From: a virus
Reading direction: 5' to 3' (one strand)
Virus record (IMG/VR): IMGVR_UViG_3300037493_003022
Coordinates: 32,001 to 96,000 of that record
Length of the DNA stretch: 64,000 bases
Below, one piece after another: positions 28,532 through 39,115 of this stretch. A model generated the notes under the pieces. The model did no database searches, was not told the origin of the DNA, and worked only from the letters and a program-made list of their open reading frames with translations. Position numbers and translations under genes: made by a program. Every line of letters starts with the position of its first letter. Positions within the stretch are counted from its first letter, which is position 1.

Positions 28532-28564
28532 AATACACCTCTTCTGGTTGTTTGAAACCTTTGG

Positions 28565-28870
28565 TTATTCGAGATTTAAACGCTTCTTCAAGGCATTCGA
28601 GGATAACTTAGTGCTATCCGTTCTAGTTACGTACACGCGGTATGAAGTTCCGTCTGTCATGTAGATGTTTATACTGTCATCGTCCGCACCTGATCTTTCT
28701 ATAGACTTTATCACAGTCTGTGTTTTAGAAAGTTCGTTTGCAGCCATATTCAGGTCTTCTGAAGCAGACCTATCCTTTGACCAGTTATCCATAGCTTCCA
28801 GAGACAGAAACACAACTTCTGCTAAGTCAACACGAGTCTTCGCTCGGACAATGCGTCTTTGTTCGCTCAT
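28565..28870 (-). CDS. Hypothetical protein
   Basis: MSEQRR start is ATGA-coupled to the methyltransferase stop. Confidence 0.6.
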   Translation of the reverse strand: MSEQRRIVRAKTRVDLAEVVFLSLEAMDNWSKDRSASEDLNMAANELSKTQTVIKSIERSGADDDSINIYMTDGTSYRVYVTRTDSTKLSSNALKKRLNLE

Positions 28871-29469
28871 GGCTTCTGGTACGCCCTGTAGATGCAAGTG
28901 TTCAGCTCTACTTCTTTGATTCGTCGATTGTAGACTTCGAGTCTCACTACCGCCTCGAATACCGTCTTCGCGTCCCAAAGTTCCGCTGGAAAGGGAAGTT
29001 GGCTACACATGCCTTGTAGAATCCCGGTCACGAGCAAGAGGCCACCGGGGTTAACGAACCCGTGGTAGAACTTCTCACAGGCCAGGATGTTCTCTTCGGG
29101 GTCCGCGTTTCGCTCGAAGAAATCGGAGACGACGCAGAGGTCAACCGGCCCAGGCAGCTTCTTCCACCCCTCTTCGTCGAGAGCATCAGCCACTCGAACC
29201 GGCGTCTGGCAGCGATGAAAAGCGTCCCTTGCCGGGCGTTCGCTGATTTCAACTGCGTAGCTCCCGCCAGCTCGAGGGAGCATTGTGCTCTCCAGGTGGC
29301 GAAGCAACCCGCCTTCACCGCAGCCGATTTCGCAGAAGTTTCCAATCCGGTCATACATGAGCTGCTGGGCAATTCCGGCCGTCAAAGGCCATCGATTCCT
29401 AACGCGATACCCGAACGGATCTTCCACTTGATACAGTTCATCCATCTCTGCTTTGATGTCTCTTGTCAT
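28867..29469 (-). CDS. Class I SAM-dependent methyltransferase (NodS-like)
   Basis: Y..EDPFGY; EIGCGEG motif I; AVEIS; DLCVVSD; PGGLLL. Confidence 0.85.
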   Translation of the reverse strand: MTRDIKAEMDELYQVEDPFGYRVRNRWPLTAGIAQQLMYDRIGNFCEIGCGEGGLLRHLESTMLPRAGGSYAVEISERPARDAFHRCQTPVRVADALDEEGWKKLPGPVDLCVVSDFFERNADPEENILACEKFYHGFVNPGGLLLVTGILQGMCSQLPFPAELWDAKTVFEAVVRLEVYNRRIKEVELNTCIYRAYQKP

Positions 29470-29472
29470 GAC

Positions 29473-30433
29473 TTACTCCATTAGTAGGTTCACACCTGTG
29501 CGTTTAAAGAAATCATGACACTCAGAACCGGACATGGCAACTCTCCCGTTATAGACACGAATCCCGGTAGTCCCTGGTGTGAGAGCCAAGACAGTAATTT
29601 TATCCGATGACGGTTGATAGAGGAGACTGAATTCCTTGTACCCGCCTAGTTGATTCAAAATCAACTTTGCATGAATGCAGTACGCGGCATAAGAGATCTC
29701 TCTAGTTCCAACAGAGTCCTTTTCAAAATGGATTGAAAACGTCTCACCGTTAACAATCATCTTCGCCGATTTCATTTCGGTTCCTCCACAGCACAGAGCA
29801 CTTTGACGTGCTCTTTAATCAGGTACTCGACTAGGTTGCAGCCATGACCTTTAACATCTGCCCACAGGTTGTTGCTTCCGTCGATGCGGACAGGAATGAC
29901 AAACTTGCTACCATCCTCACGTTCGCACCAGAACCACCAAGGAAAGCCGGGGCGAACCCTGGAGAACATGGCCACGAAGCGTTTCGATATTTCTTCGAAC
30001 TTAACCCTGTGTGCCTGCATCTCCGGTGGGACATCGGAGTCATCCCAGATGAAGTTCTTCCGCATTCGAGCGATGCGTTCTTCCTTGCTCTCCGTGTCCT
30101 CAGGTTCAAACACGCCGCTCATGACATCAACCCCTGTACGGTAAAAGTAAAACCCAGCCCATCGAGTTCCTGGCAGCACGCCACAAACGACATGCTGTTG
30201 ACATACGCCGGAACGCGGAAGTTCATCTCGGTCTCTCCAGTATGTTGGCTCTCTGTCATCCCTCGCAACTGCATCCCGAATCCGACCGCCTGCCGGTAGC
30301 AGCAGAGGTCATCGAGTGCATTCGAGAATGCGAGTCGGTACTGCTTCCCACTGACATCTTGAAGAACGCCCACACGGCAAGTGTCCCGGTTAAAGCCATC
30401 AAACACACGGCGCATACGTAGGGCAGTCTCCAT
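29473..30433 (-). CDS. Three small hypothetical genes (29473-29775, about 29772-30122, 30119-30433)
   Basis: ATGA-coupled ORFs with RBS-like sequences. Confidence 0.55.
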
Positions 30434-30751
30434 TGAAACTCCTTCTCAGGTTGGACCTCAAGGGTCATGGGTTGAGGTTGCACAGGAAACATAGAGGGTC
30501 CTTGAGCAGCCATTTCGGCTCTGACAGATTTCAGTGAAGCCATCCTGGAGAGATGCAGGTTCATGGGATGGGCAGAAGAAAGAGGATGTTGGTTTGTTTG
30601 GTGTGTTTTCATATTAAGATTATAAGAGGTAGCTTTAGTTAAAGATAGTAGTTTATGACATCTTTATTTAGTCTCATGCCTTGCAGACTGTTTATTAGAT
30701 TCTCAATGTTAAAATTCGCGGGGTTCCTCGTTCTACACCTGGAAGGTGCTG

Positions 30752-30968
30752 TTGGCTTGTTTTGGCTTATTTGGGCTTGTTGTCTTTGTTAACCCTATTT
30801 GTAAACTGCTAACCCTATTTGCTAATTAGTTATAGCTTGGTGGTGGGGTGTGGGTGGGCAGACTTAACTAGCTTAACGTGGATGCAAGTAACCAAAATTT
30901 GTACGAGGGATTAATAAGACCCGTAGAGTATCGATTTCGTAATCCAGAATGGCTAAGACCCGTAGAGT
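30752..30968. repeat. Short repeat cluster
   Basis: About 10-bp TTGGCTT(G/A)TT-like units at 30752-30790; TAACCCTATTTG twice; TAAGACCCGTAGAGT at 30915 and 30954. Confidence 0.7.
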
Positions 30969-31065
30969 GACGAGAGCTAGGACCCCGAGCCATCTGGTCG
31001 GCGATTGAGGTCAAACCCATCGTCGACCGTTTGGCACGATTCGTGCTAAGGGAAAGGGCAGGGTG

Positions 31066-31614
31066 TTAGTCCCCTGCGGCCCGTGCCGCTTTTGCTACCT
31101 GCCTAGCGGCAATCGCAGCGGCTTTGACGGCCAGGATTGCGGCGCGCTCATCGGATTCAGCGTAATGCCAAGCACGGGAGATACGGGTGCGGACAGTGGC
31201 GTCTTGCGGCACAGCGGCCGACACAGACACATCAACCACAACTACGTCGCTTGAATTGCTAGCGGTTTTGCCGGTGATTGGGTTAACCCAACCGGAATTG
31301 ATCTTGTTCATGTGGCGGATAGCGTGTTTGTGATCGTTAGTGAAACCGAGGCAATAGCGCCCATCGGGACCGTCACCCACCCACGCCCACGCACAGACCT
31401 TGCTGGCCGATACCATCTTCGTGAACACACGGCCCGTGGTTGGGTCGTTAGCTACCATGTAGACCATACCATCGGGGGCAGCGACGGGGGCGACAGGGGC
31501 GAGGTCGGTTCCCTCTTCGATCGCGTCCACGAGCAAAGCCAACTCCTCGCGATTCATGATAGCATTCTCGGGATTGGCCAACTCGACGATAGCTGTTTTC
31601 TTGTTCCTTGCCAT
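31066..31614 (-). CDS. Hypothetical Ala-rich protein
   Basis: GAGGA RBS; TTGACT-16-CATTAT promoter-like sequence at 31707-31734. Confidence 0.75.
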   Translation of the reverse strand: MARNKKTAIVELANPENAIMNREELALLVDAIEEGTDLAPVAPVAAPDGMVYMVANDPTTGRVFTKMVSASKVCAWAWVGDGPDGRYCLGFTNDHKHAIRHMNKINSGWVNPITGKTASNSSDVVVVDVSVSAAVPQDATVRTRISRAWHYAESDERAAILAVKAAAIAARQVAKAARAAGD

Positions 31615-32188
31615 TGTGAATCCTCTTTTGAGCGCGTGACTTGTTCGCGCTCTGTAGTGGCGAGTTGTTTGTGTCTCGCCGTTTCAATCAACCATCAACC
31701 ATCTACATAATGACACAACGGCAGAAGGAGTCAATAACTTTTCTCTGCTATTTTTAACTTGGACTAACTTATTTTCGGCATACTCTTTGCAAGTATATCT
31801 TTATCTATGGCAAGATTACCTAACCTTTTGTAACCCTAGGAAATCACTTGTCTTTTAGGAGTATGGAATTTGTGGTTATAGAAAACATGGAAGATGAGAA
31901 AGTGACGGACTAAAAGTAAAGTCGCTCTATGCTCGGTAAATTGTCGGGGCATACTAGCCTAGCCATAACCCTATGACGCGGCAGGAATAGGCGATTAGAT
32001 GCTTTCTCGTGAATTCATAGGCTAACGTGCGCAATGGATAAGATTGACGAGCATAAAAAAGCGAGGAGATAGTAAAAAGCGCTTGCCATACTGAAAAAAC
32101 GGAGTTACAGACTAATTAACTCAAATGAGAGTCACCAAACACCCGGCTCCGCGAACTACCCACGCGGGCCACAACGAAAGGATTAAAC

Positions 32189-32467
32189 ATGACACTCTCC
32201 GAAAATTGCGTAACGACTCGCAAGGTCATACTCCGCGACAGGGGCGAACGGTTGGAGTACATCAGAAACGCCAGCACGAGTCACGCAGAGGAAAGGCTGG
32301 ACGTGGCAACGGTACAAGATTGGATAGTGGACGTGTTGGCTATGTCTACCGACGACACCGAGCATAACGAGCGCATGGCCTATGCCCGAGCGGAATTGCT
32401 AGCGGGAAGTGACAAGCAATGGGATGAGTGCGTAAACCTCTGGTCGCTGGAAAGCGAGGGGATGTAA
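32189..32467 (+). CDS. Hypothetical protein (plus strand)
   Basis: AAAGGA RBS; divergent from 31066-31614. Confidence 0.65.
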   Translation: MTLSENCVTTRKVILRDRGERLEYIRNASTSHAEERLDVATVQDWIVDVLAMSTDDTEHNERMAYARAELLAGSDKQWDECVNLWSLESEGM

Positions 32468-32536
32468 CATGCAAGCCCTATTCACCCTCGCCGCTATCCT
32501 GTCCCCCATGCTCGCGCTCGTTTTACGGGTGTCGTT

Positions 32537-32830
32537 ATGAGGTCACGCCTACTTGTCATCGGTTTCTTGATTGCCAGTGCTTATGCCTGGCATTGCTCCG
32601 CAAGCAATTTCAGCGACTTTCATCGTACCCGCGCGCAACTCGCGATAGCTGAAAGACTCCTGTCCAGTGGCGCGACTGACACGGATACCCTTGCGATTGA
32701 GAATGCTTGGCGAAATGCTGCCGCTATGGCCCGCAATCTCACAGGCGCACAACACTCCTCTCTGCTCCGCGACTTTCCCAAAGCGACCGACCTCGGCTGC
32801 GGTTCATTCTTCGCGCTTTGCCCCCGATAG
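32537..32830 (+). CDS. Hypothetical secreted/membrane protein (plus strand)
   Basis: Hydrophobic N-terminus. Confidence 0.5.
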   Translation: MRSRLLVIGFLIASAYAWHCSASNFSDFHRTRAQLAIAERLLSSGATDTDTLAIENAWRNAAAMARNLTGAQHSSLLRDFPKATDLGCGSFFALCPR

Positions 32831-32832
32831 GC

Positions 32833-33500
32833 TCAAAAGTTAACCCTCGTTTTTGCCCCTCTCTTTTGACTCCCCTGTCCCCTAGTCCCTCAGTCGCTTG
32901 AAAAACAGGGGTTAAAACCCTCGTTTTTGACGCCAAATCACCCGGTTTTGACGGCAATCAATAGACAACGGGTTTTTTCAGTAGCAATAAACGAGCCAAC
33001 AACAGACGACGGGTTTTTTCAGTAGTGGCAGAATTACAGTGCGCTTGGACGAAATTACAGGCAGCTTGGAAACTTGTCCTAAAGAGACTATAAAAATAAA
33101 ACCGAGTAACCATTTTGGCTGTGAAAAAATTCTTTCCCGCTGCGCCTGGCTGTTAAGCCCTACCGCACCGAATAAACCAAGGGCTGGGTCCAAACCATCC
33201 GTTTCACTTTTTCTGCCGGGGTCTTTTTCGACCGAAAGAGCCTCACCCAACCCTACCGACACGACCGAATCGGCTTAAAGCTGGGTTCCAAGGGAGCTTT
33301 TCACTTTTTCTGCTCGAAAACCTCAAAAGTTAACCCCTGTTTTTCGAAGTCTCGTGGGCAAGGGCCTTGATGACCTCCGTGAGATGAGCTTTTTTGGGCC
33401 TTAACTTTTCCACTTTTGAGGCTTGTTTGACCCCTCAAACACACCGAATCGGCCTAAGTCTTAGTTTCTTCAGCATGTATCGCTTTTTCTGCTCGAGGAA
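32833..33500. repeat. Non-coding repeat cluster (direct, inverted and degenerate repeats, T-tracts)
   Basis: AACCCTCGTTTTTG at 32842 and 32916; AGACRACGGGTTTTTTCAGTAG at 32963 and 33004; 16-bp inverted pair 32900-32915/33330-33345; ACCGAAT...CTTTTTCTGC units at about 33167, 33264, 33443. Confidence 0.75.
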
Positions 33501-35124
33501 CCATGCCTCTTTTAGAGCTGAAACCCTCAAACATGGAATCTATAGGCACTTTTGGGCTCAAAATGAGGCCATTTATCACCTAGTCTGCATAAAGCTGTGA
33601 CCCAATGATTCCAAGCACTTAGGAGTTTTTGGTTCAACTTTCCCCCTAGGGCTGAAAGAATTAAACTGCATAAAAAGATGCGCTTTGGAAGATTGACTGC
33701 ATATCTATAGAAAAGGCATCTGGAAAGGAGCTTTTTGGCTCAAAGTTGGCTTTTTCCGATACAAACGGGTGACTGTAGCTTCGTGTGCTGGCCGGTATAT
33801 ACCGATACACTTGAACCTAAAAGCTCAATGATCTCAAACATCTAGGCTACATGAACACTCACCCTAGGAAAGAGACCAGAAAAAGGGGTATTGGAGAGGT
33901 AGTTACTATGTATTACTCTCTAGTTATGATCATAGTTAATAGAGAGAATCTTAGAGGTTTTGGAGGTATTGAGAGGTCTGGAGGATGAAATCCTCAATGA
34001 TTTCACATACATTCGGAGGTTTCTATCGCCGCGAATTTTTGTAAATTTTAGGTAGGTTCAGAGACCATACAGATAGTGACACTACCTGTATGTCAGTATC
34101 ACTTTGATATCTTTGAATGCAGCTCTTTGAAGGATTTCATAGGGGCAGAACCCAGGAGGGTTCATCTTACCCGTGAAATTTTTCGACTTCGCGAAGATGC
34201 TCATCTACGAAGGCATTCAGCCTATCAGGGAGGGTACTCGTATCTCCCATCTCCCCGGTGTATCCCAACCTCCTGAATGCCTCACACACCGCAAACACGA
34301 TGTCACTGTAGGCTGTAGCCTTTGCCCACCAGTGCTGGACAGAGTTGCCCTTGTAGATGTTCTTATCAGCCAGATCCTCAATCTGTTGTTCGAGGTGCCC
34401 TATCTTCTCCCCGAGAGCTAGCTCCCTGAAGATTGCAGACACTCTTTCAGACTCAGCCTTATCCCTGGCTTCCTCTAGTTCTGAAGAACTGATCGTGATT
34501 GTGGCCTCGACATTGGAGAGGTGCTTGTCCATGCAGTCTCCTATGAGGAACATGGGAATGGTCGTGTCACTGCGCATACAGAAACACGTCTCCAGTGGAG
34601 TTGAGTCCCCTATCCCAAAGAGAACGTACTTCCCATCCTTGTTCTTTCTACAGTGCATGGGGAAGGGCTTTGCATGGATGTACCCTGTACTCTTCACATA
34701 GTAGTGCCCCTCTTTCTGAGGGATTTCAGTTGTCCACTTCATCTTCTTCCTCATCCTTGGCGGAAATCTCTGTTGCCACTCCGCGCCGTGACTGCTGCAA
34801 CTCCCACTGGATAGCTGTCAACTCCTGGAGAGTGCCGTGTAGCACCAACTGACCTCGCCTGTTCTTGTTATAGTTGTCTGCGATGGTAATCCTCAGCTTA
34901 TCGATCGCTGCGCTCCATCCAGCCCGAAAAGTCTGCGCCAAGAAGTCCATCTGCTCCTCGGTGGTGTTGGTGAGCACGGACTCATGAGAAGTCAGATACT
35001 CTCCAGCCGCTCGCTTTGAAGCCATCGCAACTGTGTAGCTGATTCCTTGCGATTCATCTGCGTTTAATACCCAACGAACATCTTCTGGCGTCATAACCTT
35101 ACTCATCTTCTTCCTCCGCGAATT

Positions 35125-35340
35125 TTATTGATCACCGTAATTAGAAGGATGCCCTGGATGAAAGTAGTCTCCGTGATCGTCATCCGACTCCCACCCACTC
35201 CCAGGATCATCCCAATTTGGCCTGGTGCATCGACAGGCTGGATACCTCGAACATCCCCAGAATTCATGGCCATCGGACATCCGAGATCGATGAACCATTG
35301 GTGCATTACACCTACTGCAATTTGGAACAGGAGTATCCAT
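35125..35340 (-). CDS. Topoisomerase-type C4 zinc-ribbon protein
   Basis: CSRCNAPMVHR...FWGCSRYPACR; RBS before MDTPVP. Confidence 0.8.
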   Translation of the reverse strand: MDTPVPNCSRCNAPMVHRSRMSDGHEFWGCSRYPACRCTRPNWDDPGSGWESDDDHGDYFHPGHPSNYGDQ

Positions 35341-36761
35341 TGGCTTCTCCCTCTCCGCGAATTTCTTTAGAGGCGACCTCTCTTCATGACATTGGTTGTT
35401 CGAGCATTCCAACCGGCGAGATAACCATCGAGGTAGAGTCTGACGGATGCAAAGTCTGCCCTGGAGCAATCAACACTGCGCATTCCGTCAACAGTGGGAT
35501 GGATGAAAACTGTGACAGAAGGAAAGCGTGTCTTCAACCTCAAGGAGATGTCTTCAGCCTCTTCTACGGTGAGACTGCCTACATAGGACTTGTTACTATC
35601 ACTCGGATAGTTCTTGCGGAGGAAGATGTCCATCTTGTCTTCGGATAGGCCGTTCATCGTTCAACCCTCCTTGGGGATGTCTGATTGAAAGAAGTACCCA
35701 CAGGCTTCCTTGTCACCGGAATTTTCGACTCCCTTTTGTGGGATTTCACAACAGATTTGCCAGGCTTCATCCCTGTGGCAGCAGTTACCGCCGAAGTGGT
35801 GACACCTCTTGTCACAGACAAAAGGGTCTACCCCGTTGGTCCTCCAGAAGAGAAGCAGTGCTTCTAGGAAGCCCATCATGTCGGCCTCTGGGGATTTGAG
35901 GAGTTCTTCCCACATACCTGTCTGGGGAAGGAGCATGAAGATGCGCTCGTACTTCTGCCCTTCAACAGCATGGCGCTGTATAGAACCGTCTTCGAGGTCA
36001 GCGACGAGCATGCCGGTGGTGTTTTTGTCACAGTCCGTGAAGAGGAATGTCGCGGTTTTCATCAGAGCACCTCGTTCGCATTGAAGTTCATGCCGAAGAG
36101 GTAATCCTGAGCGGCCTGAAGTCCTTCGGGAGTTTCGTAGTCGTGTATCCACCGCATTGAGATTGGGTCGAGTACGTACTCAACCTTGAAGAACTCTTGT
36201 ACGAGTCGGAGGTTCTCACGAGTGGACACATAATGCCGATTGGGAGTGGTATTCATCTTGAGCTCCTGACACAGTTCAAAATTGCGTGATTGCAAATTTT
36301 GTTGGTAGTTGTGTGTCATGCAAAGAGTATAGTGGTTACTCATGAATGATGGAAGATGGTAAGTTAGTTCTTCAGAAGTTTTCTCTTACCCGCGAAATCT
36401 ATTCTTGCTGTGACTTGAGAACTCTTGGATGAATAACACCCTGAGATTTAGCTGCTAACTCATGGATAGCCCACCCAGTTACCTCTTCACACAGAAGATC
36501 TTCTGGACCCTCTCCTTGCGGAAGATAGAAGTAACAATCGCTCTTAGGATGCCACCATAGATTGTACTCAGTCATAGCGTGCCCTCCTATATGGACCTGT
36601 TACAGAGCCATCCTCATGCACGGCGTAGACCTTGTAAGAGATATCTGTATCTCTGAAAGCCTCATAAGCCACGTCATGGGCTTCATCTTCTCCTTTAATA
36701 TTGCTCTCCCAACATGGACCACCGGGAACACGTACTTCATAGAAACAAATCTTACTCATGG

Positions 36762-37349
36762 TCAGTCTGTCTCCTCTGAACAATCACAGAGGTTAGCATC
36801 ATCTGGAATCTTGTACCCTGTGATGACGTTCCCATATTTCTTCTTCTTACACCCGCAGGCGTAAAGGTCTCCATTCCAGTTCATCCAGATGCCTGGACAG
36901 GCGCATCCCTTGGTAGCTCCCGAGATGTCCTTTCCTCTACCCTGCTTGCAAATCCTTTCCCCTGTCCTATGCTCTAAATCCTCAAAGGCACATTGCACCC
37001 TGTCGGATACCATCCAGGATTCATGGTAGCGAGTCCGGGAGAGAGCCACGTAGAAGACATCACTGAGTCTGGAGAGGAAGATGGCTTCCCTCTCGTTGCT
37101 CCCGTTTGTGATTACTCCTGATCCCTCCATCTCGACATTCGAGTAGAGAATCTGAGTCACGAAGGATAGGAATGCAGGATGGTCTGTTGGTTCCCCTCCT
37201 CCAAGGAAAACACCTTTTCCCAAGTCCTCAGCCAGCTTCACTCCAGCCGCGAAAACATTCTCGGCCCTATAGTGCCTACCTCTTGGTGAGGCGTTTGCAC
37301 AACAATGAGCGCACTGCATCTTGCAGTGGTTCGTTAGAAAGAAGTACAT
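36762..37349 (-). CDS. Radical SAM protein
   Basis: LTNHCKMQCAHC, GGGEPT, ITNG; extra C-terminal Cys. Confidence 0.88.
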   Translation of the reverse strand: MYFFLTNHCKMQCAHCCANASPRGRHYRAENVFAAGVKLAEDLGKGVFLGGGEPTDHPAFLSFVTQILYSNVEMEGSGVITNGSNEREAIFLSRLSDVFYVALSRTRYHESWMVSDRVQCAFEDLEHRTGERICKQGRGKDISGATKGCACPGIWMNWNGDLYACGCKKKKYGNVITGYKIPDDANLCDCSEETD

Positions 37350-38857
37350 CTTACATCATCCTGCATCCAGTGAACTGCTCCAGAGCACCGATGGCTTTGA
37401 AGCAAGCGTCAACCAGGGTCATTCCCGTCGCTTCAAACATGCCTTTATGCTTTCCTACGGTACCTTCAAGGGTGACTATCCAACCCTTGTCACTGCGGTT
37501 GATCTGAACAAACTCATTCATTCGGATGGTCCTCAGAATCACTTCTTCATCAGTCATGACTGACCTCCAAAGTTATCAACATCACACATAGCTGCTAGGT
37601 CTAGTTCAGACCTTTCCTCCCTTACCCTCTTTTCTGCCTGCTCTATTTGATCAAGAATCTCAAAGGGTTCTCTCAGTTCTTCATGGTCTCTAAAGAAGAG
37701 TTCTAACTTCATAGCATGGTAGATTGGAGGGAGTTTATCTTCGTCGTAATGAACTTTTTCACCTAAGTAACGTCGAGTATTCAATAGATGAATCCGTGAC
37801 ATGTTCTTCACGGGAATCTCCTCACCGCTCTTTGTTTTCCAGGTGTAGTTCTTCATTTTGGAAGTCCTTGACTGCAAATATGAGCAGCTTCTAAAGCCGC
37901 TGTCTTCTCAGAAAGGCAGTCTGGGCAGAGAGCTACGGTGATGTCGATGACATCGTTCCATATCTCATGTCTCTCTATCTCCAGCTTTCTTCCGCATCTA
38001 CAAAACGCTCTGAGATCTTTCTTCTTTGCCCTGGCTCACTCCTCTCCGAATTCTTCTCTTACGAGTTTTCTATTCTCCTCTATCCGTAATCGACACTGAT
38101 TATCTAGCTTATGCGTCATCATAAAGGAAGCTATATCTATAGGGTAATCAAGAAGCTCATTATAGCAGTTTTGGCAGATGTACCCGTACTTAGGAGAATA
38201 CTTCTCACAGAGGATAGCTTGGCAACCTCTTCTATTACAGGGCATGATTCCCATGTTAGTCCTCCAAGATTTGTACGCCGTGATGAAAGGTTTGAATCTC
38301 AATAAGATCGCAACGAGGACATCTGAACTGAAACCCGTTTTCTTCCCGCAAACTCTGAAGGAAGAGTCCGCAGATGGATGGACCCTCGTCAGGAGTAACG
38401 ACGAACCGGCAGTCACTACCTGACGACGTTGAGCAGATATTCCCCTCTGCTATATCAAGAACAACTTTAACCTTGAGTTCCATTAGTAGCTCCGTTTGTT
38501 GTTCGAAGTTTGTGTGTTGTGTTTCATCAAGAAGATCATAGCAGAAAACTATGACGAATGGGAGTTAATTAAGCTAGCTTCAAACTAGAATCTGCTGATT
38601 TTGAAGTTCCCATCCTTATCCTGAAAGAGATCTGCTCCTGGAATGAACTGGAGCTTCTGCTACTTGGTTGCCTTGCTGAGTTGAAACTTGGACGAGTACG
38701 CCTAACCCTTTGATGGTCATGACCTTCGTACTCTTCATCCAGCCGCCTTCTTTCGAAGAAGCTTTCCCAATGCAAACCCACGCTCCTGGATCTCCGTGAA
38801 CTCGGACATCGGAAACCTTCTCTTTCAACTCTTCCATGTTCGTAACGGTTAGGTCTT

Positions 38858-39115
38858 TCACTCAGATACCTCCTCGTAAGTCATCTGGAAAATGTCATCC
38901 TTACAGGGATAGAGTTCTCCTTTGACGCCTCGGATGATCCACTCCCCTATACCAGCTTTCATTGCGCCTTCGAGGGTTTTAATCTCGATGGTTCGGTCTA
39001 TTGGATTGTAAATTACACCCCGAACATGCTCTGGATTTGGATGCGTAGCGTCGAAGGTAGAATCCGTGATCTGTACTGCCTCAATGACTACTGGCTTCTT
39101 TCTGAACTTCTTCAT
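38858..39115 (-). CDS. Conserved phage protein (KFRKKPVVIEAVQ family)
   Basis: KFRKKPVVIEAVQ...IKTLEG...GEWIIRGVKGELYPCKDDIF..TYE. Confidence 0.8.
   Translation of the reverse strand: MKKFRKKPVVIEAVQITDSTFDATHPNPEHVRGVIYNPIDRTIEIKTLEGAMKAGIGEWIIRGVKGELYPCKDDIFQMTYEEVSE

Noticed and set aside
32978-33600. Short ORFs in the repeat tract
   Set aside because: No RBS, atypical composition, and they overlap repeats on both strands; likely non-coding.
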